The notes under the pieces: model-generated
What the model saw: the letters and a program-made list of their open reading frames with translations, nothing else
Database searches by the model: none
Told to the model about the DNA's origin: nothing
Shown here: positions 13,644 through 25,877 of the stretch, one piece after another
How positions within the stretch are numbered: position 1 is the first letter of the stretch
How the letters are laid out: every line of letters begins with the position of its first letter
Source: Tubulanus polymorphus
Taxonomy: Eukaryota; Animalia; Nemertea
Direction of reading: 5' to 3'
Length of the DNA stretch: 64,000 bases
Assembly: GCF_964204645.1 (NCBI RefSeq)
Contig: NC_134031.1
Span: 3,596,001-3,660,000 of the forward strand
Position numbers and translations under genes: made by a program

Positions 13644-14674
13644 GACGTCAGCGGACTGGTGAACCAAAAGCCGTGACCGCTGGCATTTTTGACTCGGGCC
13701 AAATTGGTCCCGTACCAGATTAGGCCCGGGCCAACCGCTCTCTAATTAGGCACCGGTCAAATTTGACTCCGCTCTCTAATTAAGCACCGGTCAAATTTGA
13801 CTCAGGTTTTGTCCGGACCGAATCTACCCCGTGTAGCCGCTTAGCCACTTAAGTTTAATATACCAGCGGGGTAATTCCACTAAAGCTTGCTAGTAAGTCA
13901 CTTAACAGCCTTCTCGTGCAAAGTCTAGCAAACAACTATACAGGTTTGACAAGCTTCCTCGATATCCCCCCTAGGTCGATCTCTTATGACTGAATAACTT
14001 AACATGTTAAACCCTAAGCTGCATCTTGGAGTACTCCAAGGCTGCATCCACATTATCCCTAGATAGTCCATTCTAATTTGGCCCATACCTGGAACAGACC
14101 AATTTGAAAAGGTCCTTTCAAAATTGGAACGAACTAGATTGAGAATGTCAGCTGCTGCTACTCACTGCTGGTTGGCTCACCGATCGACAATGCGATGCTT
14201 TTAACTGATTTTCTAAACGAGCCAACAATCGATCAATCAATCAATTAGTAACCGATTATAACACGTGTCAAGGTCATCACGCTTCACCTAGCTTCGCTCT
14301 TCTTTCGATTCCTGGAACTCTAATCGACGCCGGGCGAACATCGTTTCATCATCTGAGAAATTTACGAATTGCCCGGAAATTCCTGGAAAACATCCGTGAA
14401 TCAATCCTTCTATTTTTAGGTGTGAATTTACTAGCGAGATACGATTCGACAAAAATAAACGCCCGCGGATCTATATTTATCAGCAAATTGATAATTCGGG
14501 CGTTTTTCTTGGAATGAATAACACCGCCGACAGCGGCCTGATTTTTTTTCTAACGCACGTACTGGTTTTGAAAAAGATATATTGTTAACGATTAATGTTT
14601 TACCTGTTTAGCGATCCCTTTGATTTAGTACGAGACTAAACCATTGCTGGACACAAGATGGCTATCAGGATAAA

Positions 14675-14986
14675 AACCGCGATCACACGAGAATTTTTGG
14701 CCCGTGCTAAATTTTGCCCGGAACAACTGTTCACACGGGTGCCAAATCGGCCCGACCAAAAACATCGGACCAGGCCCGAGCCAAATTTTAGCACCAGACA
14801 AATGATAGCGTTTGAATTGCAACTGGCACCGGAAATGATCCACTTCGCTTTGTTTGAGCATTGTTTAGTATCAATTGAATGGTTTGCGTGCGAACGCGCT
14901 CTCTAATTAGGCACAGGCCAAATTTGGCCAGAGCCTGATCCGTGTCAATTTGGCCCGGGCCAAATCGTCTCCATGTGATAGCGGCT
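14675..14986. mobile_element. MITE family D, near full-length copy
   Basis: ACCGCGATCACACG...CATGTGATAGCGGC ends; high similarity to 4501-4733. Confidence 0.8.
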
Positions 14987-15024
14987 ATAGTCGGAACATC
15001 AAATAACTATTAGCTCGAGGAACT

Positions 15025-15190
15025 TTGGTCCAGACTAGGCCCAATCCATGGTTGATGGGTTCGAACTCCGGTGGTGACAAGAGTTTCTCAGTCGAAGGTT
15101 CTTCTCTGGTCTCTGCCCCATTGGGAAAAAGAAACATTGAACCTCCTGATAATGCCCTGTATGGCGCTCAGTGGGTTGAGGGAATTAAGC
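15025..15190 (+). mobile_element. Probable tRNA-derived SINE fragment
   Basis: B-box-like GGGTTCGAACTCC followed by a body (GGTTCTTCTCTGGTCTC...ATAATGCCC...GGCGCTCAGTGGGTTGAGGG). Parts recur at about 15943-15980, 31640-31800 and 54635-54790. Confidence 0.5.
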
Positions 15191-16477
15191 AAAAAAGCTC
15201 AAGGAAATGTTTTCATCTTTCATCATTAGTATGCGATTCTATCTAGAATTGCAATGAAAAATACATCCTTGAATATGCAACGATGAACTAATTTGAAGCA
15301 TTTAACAGGTCAATGAACTTTCCATCAGGGGTCGTTTTCGCTGTTGTGATGACGGTTTTTTTGATAAATGAAAATGAACTAATAATAGGAATGCGCGTAG
15401 AATGCGCGTAAGCCGAAGGAGTTTCGATCCGACCATCGGAAGCACTGGGCGGGAAATAATTGCCAAAACATTAAAAGCACCTGGCAAGCAAAAATTAGCC
15501 ACGCTCCAGTGAACAATACCATTTGCACCATCAACGAGAGTTTAAGCGTAAGCTTGACTTGCGTCGCAGAACTGAAGCCTCGCAAAGTGTCTGCGAGTGT
15601 TCCTCGCCGGGAAAGCCGCTGAAAAGCTTCTTTTGACCATTACTGATGGCAGGTGGTAAGGAGATAACGCTCTCGGCTAGGGGGGGTGGGGGTGATCATT
15701 CATCCGTACCAGTAGCCTTTCAAAGCCCACTGTATAAGAAGTAAGTCCTTTCTAGAACCATGGAATAATTTGACCCGTGCTCAAATTTGGCCCGCGACTG
15801 ATTCGACGTTTTTGGAGCACCACAAATCTGCCCCATTTCGAAAAGGCACGTTCCCGTTCGGCATCAGTGCCTAATATGGCCCGGGCCTAATACGGCATGT
15901 GCCAAGTTTGGCCCGGATCAATAACGCTCGCGTGATGCCGGCTAATACCCCGCGAGGCGCTCAGTGGGTTGAGGGGGGAAAGAAACTAACGAGGCAATAA
16001 TTCGTCGAGTGGCGTCCCATAATCCGTGTGCAGCTAAGCGAACGGGAAGGGTTTAATAGGTAAACGAGCGCACAGTAGATATCACACCGGTTACATTATT
16101 GCTACGTTAAATCTTTTGTTCGACGTCGTTAAATTTGATTGATTGATATGAACGCGGCGCAGCGCGGCGGATTTGTCAAACGCAGGACGTTTCACCGCGC
16201 GCTCCTGCCCGCGCCGAGGACGACGACGACGTCGGGACGATCGTTAATCGTCTACGAATCGTGACTACGCATCGAGATTAGAAATATTCGTCGTAAAGTA
16301 GACCGCGATTTCGGTCGTTGGCGTCGGCCGCGAGCTATATTCGTAACGCGTAAACTACCGCAATCCGTCATCGTCTCGGTGAAAATATAACGAGGTATAA
16401 ATATCTCGCGTCTATTAATCTTTATTAAGTCACGGCCACCAAAACTACGACCTTTACCAGTTGAGATGATGAGTTAA

Positions 16478-16764
16478 CCCTTTCGGTGCCGACCAATTCT
16501 CATCCTCAAGTGCTCGAGATAATCAGAGAATCTTAGAATATTTAAACCCAGTGTGGGCTTAATGGGCCTTACACTAGTCTCTCTACACCGCGGTGCGATG
16601 TATCGTTAGTAACTTATAATTCACAATGTTTGACAGGGACAGGTTCCCGACACATCTATTAATATTAAGATTATAACTAATGAATAGTTAAATTGTTACA
16701 CAGCGGTGCAGCGTATAAGTAGTCAGTGTGTCTACACCGCACTGCAGTGTAGACACTGAAATGG
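16478..16764. mobile_element. Degenerate piggyBac MITE family A
   Basis: TTAACCCTTTCGGTGC left end, family-A internal palindromes, decayed right end. Confidence 0.7.
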
Positions 16765-19753
16765 CTACTGATTAATTCCATCGAACCCAAATGATCTGAG
16801 TTATTGAGTATGATTTCAGGGGTAGACCTAGGAGCGAGATCCGAGGGTCTTACCAAAATGTTTTAGGGTAGAATTATCTTAAAAAGAGCATTCTGGCAGA
16901 ACCCTCTCAACCAGATTTTCTACATAATTGGGCCTATGTTTCACAGAATGTACCTGTTTTTAGGTTTTTTTATCCATAAAATTGTGCAGAATGTACCTGT
17001 TTTTAGGTTTTTTTTATCCATAAAATTGTGAAACTCTTACGGGGAGGTCTAACAAGACCTCCTCGGATCAACCCCGCAATCCCTTTAAAAAACTTCGTAC
17101 TCTTAACTGACAAACATCACCTAAATAATACTTAGGTAGGTCATTAATCAGTCTATATGCAGTAAGGGAAGGAAAGGGGGCTATAATATATAAAATTTCT
17201 CCCTACAGTAACAGATAATTTATGTATAAACATAAATAAGGAGTAAAAAATTCAAAGCAGTAATGGACAACCCTTTTACCAGACATATTGAACAGATTTT
17301 CAATAAAACGGCCCTAAATCAAGATGTGAAGTAAGAGTTAAATAGCATAAACAAGGCACTCGACGTTGTATACCCTGGCAAGCGAGGGAACGAGTGTCTA
17401 GAAACCAAGCTGATTTTTATTCGCGTCATAAGAATATTGATTAACGAAATTTGGCTTTTTTTTTTGTCGAGACGCGACGACAATTTCTTAAATTAATCGA
17501 ATCAAAAATTCATGGCAGCTTCGGCAAATCAAATCCGGCGAAGTTAGAAAACGGCGAAACATTCTGAATATCGTCGGTGTCTTCAGGTGATGCTTCGGTA
17601 TCGATTGAATCAAGTGTAAGTTGTGAACGCGAACGCGCGTAAATTGGCCAAATTAAGACGCGAGTTTAGCGCGAATCACACGTCTACCGACTGACGCCGC
17701 GACACAGTAGCCGAAACTAAATGTCACCGGCGACGATCGGGTATCAGCGGAAATCAGACGAGACGAATCGACTCGCAGACCACACCCGAGTCTAATCTGA
17801 CGCCTGCTTCGTTAAGCCGCGATTACACCGAGACGATTCGGCCCGGATCAGACCCGAGTCAAATTTGGTCCGTGCCTAATCAGAGAAATCACTCACTCCT
17901 TACTAAAAAGCTATCAAACTATGCTGCGGCATGTGAGGTGAGTCAATTTCAGCATTGACATGGGATAATCTGATAAGTGCTAAAATTTGGCAGGGGCCTG
18001 GTTCAACATTTTTGCGTCAAATAGGCCAGACCTATTTGGTAGCGGTGTAGACAGTTGGCCCAAATCCAAAACACATCTAGGCTCTCAGTACTTGACTTAT
18101 GTATGTCTATCTGGCCAGTGTAACACGAGCCAGATATTTCTAATACAAAAATTTTTGCGCCATTACGTTTATCGGTATTTGGCGAGACGAGTGATTGGTG
18201 GCTTTGCACCACTCATTCCTCAGCCGTTACGTCTATCCAGTATACAACAATCCATGTGCAATAAGTTTCCTGTTAAATACGTGTTGACTTATGGTCGAGC
18301 TTATAATCCCAAAATATTAGATACGACTGAGAGAAATGCTTTGATATTTCAGGAAGACACTGAGCTAGGGCTTGTTTCAAAGGTCGTAACTATTACCCTA
18401 GGAGTTAATCCCTGGCGTAAAAGTAATTTCATAACTGGCCCCTGGGCAAAGTTGCACAGTGACCTCAGTCCAAAACTGGCCTCGAATCTGGTCTCAAGTT
18501 GTTTGATTCACTATGGAACTAAGTTGATCTTAGACTGGTCTTGAGAACAAAAGTGGCCTTAAATCTTGAGACTGGTCTTCTTTCAGTTGTTAGACCGTAG
18601 GCCATATAGATCTAAGATGGTCTTAAACTGGTCTTAGATCTAAGCCATGACCATGCACGTAAGTGATCTTAACAAACGTTATCTTAAATCTAGAGACTGG
18701 TCTTTAGTTGTAAGATTCACTATACAGAACGAAGATGGTCTTTAAAATCTTAAGACCGGTTTTAAGTCTAAGCCATAACTGTAAGACTGGCCCCCTGAAG
18801 CTATGTGTAATGACGACGATGTATGCGACGTGTAAGATGTCATTACATTCGTTGTCACATACAATTTGTTCAACTTCTCACAAACGGAATTGAAAATTGA
18901 GTATTAACCGGCGTCACAGACGACCGCGGAGCTTACCATCGATGAATTATGCAGCTGTCTGAGCTCTGAAACATAAGCCTGTTTAATTCCGACGCGATGC
19001 CCGTAGAGATCGGTCTTTCAAGCAACTGATTTCAAAGGCAACATGAAACATACAGCCTGAATAAAGCGACGATCATTTTACAGAATTCTAGTTTACTCGA
19101 TACACAGTCTCATGCAATGCCTTCGGGTTCAGATTCTAACCGGGTTTGGGGTTTGTACTGTGACAGTCTCACGATGCCATCAGATTCAAATCTAGGGGCA
19201 GATCTAGAGGGGTGCAGGAATGTGATTCCCCAGGAAATTTTCTTGCAGTGCCTTTTTTTCTGGCCCCAATTTCTTCAACACGTTTTTATAGATATATCTA
19301 TAGTTTCACAGGTGTCATAATGTAGATAATGAGAATTGATGCCCTGAAATGTCACTGAAACAAGTCTAGATTTTCCTCCAGACCCCCCCCCCCCATCGGC
19401 GTCGCAACTTTGGTGCTTAGCTAAGAAGTAAAGTTGCCCTTTTTCTCTGGATCCCCGTTTGAAGAAATCCTAAATCCACCCATGTCATGTGCGGAGGGGG
19501 GCCTTATTTCGCAACCGCGCGCACAGTATCCACACTTTCACGTGAAATCATCGTGTAGCGTGGATCAATCCAACCGACGATACCTGAATATCACAATCAT
19601 CATAAAACTGCAGCGACGAGGCGCGATTCTTTGATCGTGAGTGCGCTGACCGTGTAACGCTAAATGTAACGACGTGAATAAATATTTTCATAAGTCGTCA
19701 CATCAAAGAATTGTTTTATGCACAATTCTTGTATTCTTCTGTCCGATCTTTGA

Positions 19754-19755
<2 letters not shown>

Positions 19756-19832
<77 letters not shown>
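19756..19832. repeat. (AT)n microsatellite
   Basis: Perfect AT run. Confidence 0.99.
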
Positions 19833-19834
<2 letters not shown>

Positions 19835-20189
19835 ATATGAAAGAAAGACACAGCCACAAGAAATTCATAGTTATGTCTGGCAATAGCTACGTCCAAGTTT
19901 AACGATATCGGGATTGAAGGCGACCAAATCCCCGGGCCAATAATGAGCGGGCACTTTTCCAATTCTTTTGCCAACAAATCCCGCAATATTGCAAAGGTGC
20001 TTATTAAGATATCATCCGTTAAAATATCAGACATCAGGATTTTTAGAATCCCACATAAAGAAAATTTGGCAAATCGCGTTTCTTCATAAACTCACTTTGA
20101 TTATCAGGGTTGATACAAAGCGCTACTTTTTATTCACCAGTGAATTTTAATAGAATCAGAACTTCGGCCACGAAAACGTAGCACAAAAG

Positions 20190-20480
20190 CACACTAGCGG
20201 CACCTTTTGGATCCTCACTTGCCATAAGTGGAATCCTCTATTGTTTCAATAGTTGATGTCCAACTGCACACTAGCGGCACCTAGTGGATCCTCACTTGCC
20301 ATAAGTGGAATCCTCTATTGCCGCAGTAGTTGATGTCCTACTGCACACTAGCGGCACCTGGTGAATCCTTACTTGCCATAACTAGAATTCTCTATTGTCG
20401 CAGTAGTTGTGTCCTACTACACACTACTGGCACCCGGTGGATCCTCACTTGCCACAAGCGGAATCCTTACTTGCCACAGT
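20190..20480. repeat. 77-bp tandem repeat (~4 units)
   Basis: CACACTAGCGGCACC(T)...GGATCCTCACTTGCCATAAG starts at 20190, 20267, 20344 and 20420. Monomers also at ~31172-31232 and ~61994-62041. Confidence 0.92.
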
Positions 20481-21099
20481 CGAACGCAGAGTCCCTCAAT
20501 CCGCATTCTACCGAAGTCGATGACTCTCCTTGAACTTCACGCGTCGCGCGCTATTGAATTATGCGGACGTCGAGTGTGTCCTCGAATAGGAAATGAAGGT
20601 TTACTAAGATGATTAACTTTGCAATCAAGAGATCTAACCGTATACATACCCTACAAACACACTCACACACGTGCAACGCATGACAATAAAATCCCGACAG
20701 CATATATACAAATATACATAATCAAATATAACACTAAATCTAATGAGTTCCGAAATTCAATTTGTTCGTCGCGCGATGACATACGCTTTAGAAGTCAGGC
20801 CGTTAATTACGAGGAATGAAATCAGCTCGTGGGTCGCGATCGGTCGATCGTGTTTGGAAATTGATATAAAATATTGTATCTATCGTCGCTTCAATGCTCG
20901 GTAAAGCCCAGCGTACGCAACGAGAAAAACATGAAACAGATTTCTGTTTACGCGCGGAGACGTTTAGCTCGTCCGCCGCTATGGTCACAGACTTCAGCGC
21001 CACCTAGCAATGAGAAAAGTAGCTATTGTATCACGCGATACCAATTGCCTCCTGGTGTCTGTTGTTTATAGCTACTCTCGAGGACATCACATAGCAAAT

Positions 21100-21662
21100 G
21101 AAACATTTCTTGTTTAGCCACATAAACAAGAAATAAGAATGTTTCCATTTCTAGTTTATTTCGTGCCTTGCAACATAGTCAAGAAACAAGCAACAAGAAT
21201 GTTTGTTTCTTGTTTATTAAATGCCGTATACAGCACAGTCAAGAAACAAGCAACAAGAATGTTTGTTTCTTGTTTATTAAATGCCGTATACAGCACAGTC
21301 AAGAAACAAGCAACAAGAATGTTTTTGTTTCTTGTTTATTTGGTGCTGTATACAGCTCAAGCCAAGAAACAAGCAACAAGAATGTTTCTGTTTCTTGTTT
21401 ATTCCATTCCATATGCAGCACAGTCAAGAAACAAGCAACAAGAATGTTAGTTTCTTGTTTATTCCATGCCGTATACAGTTCAGTCAAGAAACAAGCAACA
21501 AGAATGTTTCTGTTTCTTGTTTATTCCATTCCATATGCAGCACAGTCAAGAAACAAGCAACAAGAATGTTTCTGTTTCTTGTTTATTCTGTGCTGTATAG
21601 AGCACCTGGTCAAGAAATGAGCAACAAGAATGTTTGTTTCTTGTTTATTTTGTGCTCTGTGC
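21100..21662. repeat. ~60-63-bp tandem repeat with internal hairpin (~9 units)
   Basis: Unit CAAGAAACAAGCAACAAGAATGTTT(CT)GTTTCTTGTTTATT...TACAGCACAGT. Confidence 0.95.
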
Positions 21663-24600
21663 ACCCATGCTAGGGCTGAAGACACCTTACTCGAAAATGA
21701 ACGTAACAGTGGCTGGCAATAAAGAGCATGCGGCCGATTTCCGTCGGTGAGAACGTAACAGCTGCGAAAAACAGAAATTCCATCAGCGGCGACGAAAAAG
21801 GAAATTCATTTCACAGTCTTCGCACATGAATGAATCGCGTGAAGATTTCGTTAATGACGAACGTTTCTCTTTCGCGATCACGGAAGTTGGTTATCGATGA
21901 ATCGGGTGGTCTTTTACAAAACGCATACCATCAACGAGATTAGCGATCACACGAACGTTTTCGACCCGTGCCGAATTATGCCCGGAACTGTTCACACGAG
22001 TGCCAAATTTGGCCCGATCAAAAACGTCAGACCAGACCCGAACAAAATTTTAACACGGGTCAACATGGCCTCACAGACTAGTCTTAGATCTAAGACTTGA
22101 AGTCAAAAAATATTTTAGATTTGGTCTGAAGACGTCAGATAACGAGAAACGAGCTTAGACTGGTCTTATATTTAAGCCTCGAGCATGAGACTCTTCTGGT
22201 TCCGGTTCAAAAATGGACGGCAATCATTTCAGTTGCTAGGAAGACCGTCCGTCTGCCCACCGGTCACGAAATTGTATTTGAGCGAACGCGCGCACGCGCC
22301 TGGGCAGCAGATTACCGATTACCGAGGATGAAATAAGGCGAAAAAATAATCAACTCGTAGAAAGTCATGTCGTGAATTAAACCAGCCGCGGGGTATTTTT
22401 TTTATTCAGCCACCTGAGTAATACACCCTACTGCGCCGGTATCCACGCCATTAGCGCCGACAACGCTGAGAGAGAACACTTTTTGGTTTCTCTACCGCAA
22501 AAAGCAACGCTGCTATTTTCGCTGATCTCCTGCGTACAGCCAGCCGCAGTGGTAGAGATACCGAGTGTATTGAAAACATCTAACCCATCACAGCACGCTT
22601 TCAATTCATCAGACTATGATTATAGGGTTTTTGGCGCATAACCTGGGCCAAATTCACACAGGTGCCAAATGAGCCCTTGCCTGTTTGACCCGGGCAAAAT
22701 TTGTCACGACCAAAAACGTCGCACCAGGCCTGAGCCAAATTTCAGTAGAGGGGTCAAATTATTGTGTGTGAAAGCTAACTGGTTCCGCAAGTCACTCACT
22801 TCACTTTGTTTAAGCTTGAGTTACTTACATTTATAAGGCGCGCGCCAAATATGATTCAGGCCTGGTCCGGACCAATTTGACAAGGGCCAAATCATCTCCA
22901 TGAAATCGCAGCTTCAGAAAATCTGTTCCTTGACTTAAGGATTATCCACATGCCTAAATTACCAAACATATGAATACAAGACTTCAGTTCATAAGTAGAT
23001 TTTCATTTTTCAGAATGGAATCTAGATCACCGGCCTTCGTCTGCTGGCTTACCAATAATAATAACTACCCAGCTCCTGATGCTTATCGATCTAGACCACC
23101 AAAGATCAGCTGATATCCACGCGCGCGCTTACCAATAAATACCCAGCTGGCTTATCCATAAAGAAATACCAGGTAATGTGAAGGTCTTCGTATGTTTATG
23201 AATCAAGGATTTATGGATTCCGCTTGAACAAACGAAAACACCCTCCGACGATATTTTTAGATATCTACGGATTGCAGATCCATCGCTCCGGGTCGGATCG
23301 GCGATATTCCTCGCAAATACGAGGAAATTCCTGCTCGTAATAAAATCCAAACGACGAAGCGATTATCACAATAAACAAAGCCGCTGATTAATCCTTGAAC
23401 TTTTTACTTCCTGCGTTATGACATTCATTACTCCAATTACTCTATTACGCCCCGAGTAAAAGTAGCGTCGGAATGTCAGTCGGTCGGAGGCCTTCATGAT
23501 TTACTCAACCCCTCAAATAATTACCAGGCAACTTTCCAGTCATAAATCTCTTCATTTTGTTTGTAGATACTAGTATACGTGAAAAATAAGTAAATTGGGA
23601 GAAAAATTTTTTTCCAGAAAATTTCTAATCGATAGAAAACCTAATATCAAGCCTTACAGGTCGCGCGTCACTGATATAGAGTTTCAACTAAAGGTATTTG
23701 GCTGCTTGATGGAAAATTGTGCCGGGCAGAAAATCAGGCACTTTTAGAAAACAGTAACCCCCCCCCCCCCCCGCACAAACATTTCACTGGTTCGATTCAT
23801 TTTCAATACCATGAAATTAGAGACAGCAAACTCATTTCAAGGGCTATTTATTCATTGGCTGTTTAAACCTGCCACCTAAAAAAAAATAAGTGATCACAAA
23901 ATGTCAAGTGCGATGTCATCAAAATCAAGTTTGCATCGAGCTCCAACAACATCGAACAAAGCAAAGTGGGTATTACGGAATTCTGTATAACCTCCGAGTA
24001 ATCATTTGCTGTGCATTTTGTAAACAAACGTGTGTGATTATCAACGCGTTTCAATAGAAATACTAAACACATTTAATTAATGGCTTAAAGCACCCAGAAA
24101 GAAGACACTCGTCTCCCGTTCGTTTGTTTAAGTGCTTTCCAAAAACAAGTTCAGAAACTTTTTTTCGTCAAACGCAATTACAGCTTAGCAACGACACGCA
24201 TCAGACAGAACGCCGAGAAAAATGGCACCTGCGCATTTTCTCGTATTCGTGGTTTACAGGGAATTCAGAAAATATCAAGATAGCATTAGCTCAAATATGC
24301 ATTTCACTTTCTTATTTCATAAGGCCTAAATTATAGCCATGCGAAGACCGGGGTCCATGCACCAAGAGAGGTTGCCATTTTTATCAGGAGAGAATTGATT
24401 AAAACCTGTAAAATTCAGAAATTACTAAATGAAATATACTTTAAAGTTATTTCGGATTCATTTTCTTCTGCAAATTATCACTACAGATATCAAGCAACTT
24501 TGTTGTCGATTTTTTTTCAATTTTTTTTTTTTTGACGACTGATCTGGAAAAAATATACGCCGATGAAAACATCTTCTCGTGGGTGTAGCGATGATAAGTA

Positions 24601-25596
24601 ACGCGGTATTAACAATGTGTGTGACAACGATGCTCTCGCGTTCTAAGAAGATAATATTGACAAGAAAACCTCGCTGCACAATTGCGTAGCTAAAGTGACT
24701 CTCCCCGGGAAATGTTTACATAAAACATTACCCAGCTCCAGAGTCTTTGATAAGCTTAGTCAACATTGACTGTGTGGGCTACTTTACCAGTTTGCTATCG
24801 AACCAGTTGAGTAGGCGCTTATTTTTTACACCACCTTAACGAGAAGACCTCGTAACCGATATGCTACTGCGGCAATGGATGGACTGCTAGGTGGCGTTCT
24901 GGTATGAAATCGCAGTATCAGGAGTGGATCCATGGTGGTTTTAACTTCTGTATTTCGAATGTCCCATATTAAAAGGTACTTAATCAAAAGATCTAATCAG
25001 GGCACTCTCGAAACTCACAATTTTGTCGAAAAATCTTTTAAAAGGGCATCGCTTACTATCAAGAGGATACCATTTGGTCGAAAAAGGATAACATTTTGGA
25101 AATAATTCGGCAGAAATGGCTGTAGATTTTTTTGTAGGTATGGTAAATAGCCATGCTTGATTTTGTATGTAATTCATCTTCTATGTACGTCAAGACCCAA
25201 AAGCACATCCCCAAAATCATATTGCGAAAACCAAACTGTTTTTCCATCAAATGAAAAGTCTTTACAGATAAACCACAGCAGAAAAATTCATTTCAGCATC
25301 AATATTATCACATATATATATATATATAAATACGGGCGAGTGATATTAAATAAATGAATTCCTTCTGCGGAATTTAGTATATGATTCATGTTTTTTCTGC
25401 GCGCGCACACGTAATATGCATTTACCCTACTTCGACCAACTTCGCCGAATACCGACAACCAATAAAAACAATATAAACCGCTAATTAACCCTTTCTCTCT
25501 CGCTTTGAAACCCGTGTAATAATAGGTTCGTTTCAGAATAATTCTCAGCCCCATCAAGGCTTACTTACAGTAACAATTTGTTGTGAAGTGTTTTAA

Positions 25597-25877
25597 CCCT
25601 TTCAGTGCATCTACACCGCAGTGCGGGGTAAAAATCAGTGATGGATTTTGCTAGTACATCAGACCGCGGTGTATTGGAGTAATTACTAATTATCTCTATT
25701 GAAAGATGGCAGCACCTGTCAAACATAGTGAAATACTAGTAACTAACGATACACCGCACCGAGGTGTAGATGCACTATAGTGGTATTCCCTTTATCGAAC
25801 ACACTAGGGCGGAATTTTTCAAAATTTTCAAATGTTCTCCAGCACTATAGGGTATTGATTAGTCAGCACTGAAAGGG
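25597..25877. mobile_element. piggyBac MITE family A (opposite orientation)
   Basis: TTAA TSD at 25593-25596 and 25878-25881; intact TIRs. Confidence 0.9.

Noticed and set aside
16944-17030. Short perfect tandem duplications (44 bp here; 32 bp at 58447-58515)
   Set aside because: Ordinary slippage duplications with no further structure.
21100-21673. CRISPR-like repeat/spacer appearance and overlapping ORFs
   Set aside because: The 'spacers' are homologous to each other, there are no cas genes and the context is eukaryotic; it is a tandem repeat.
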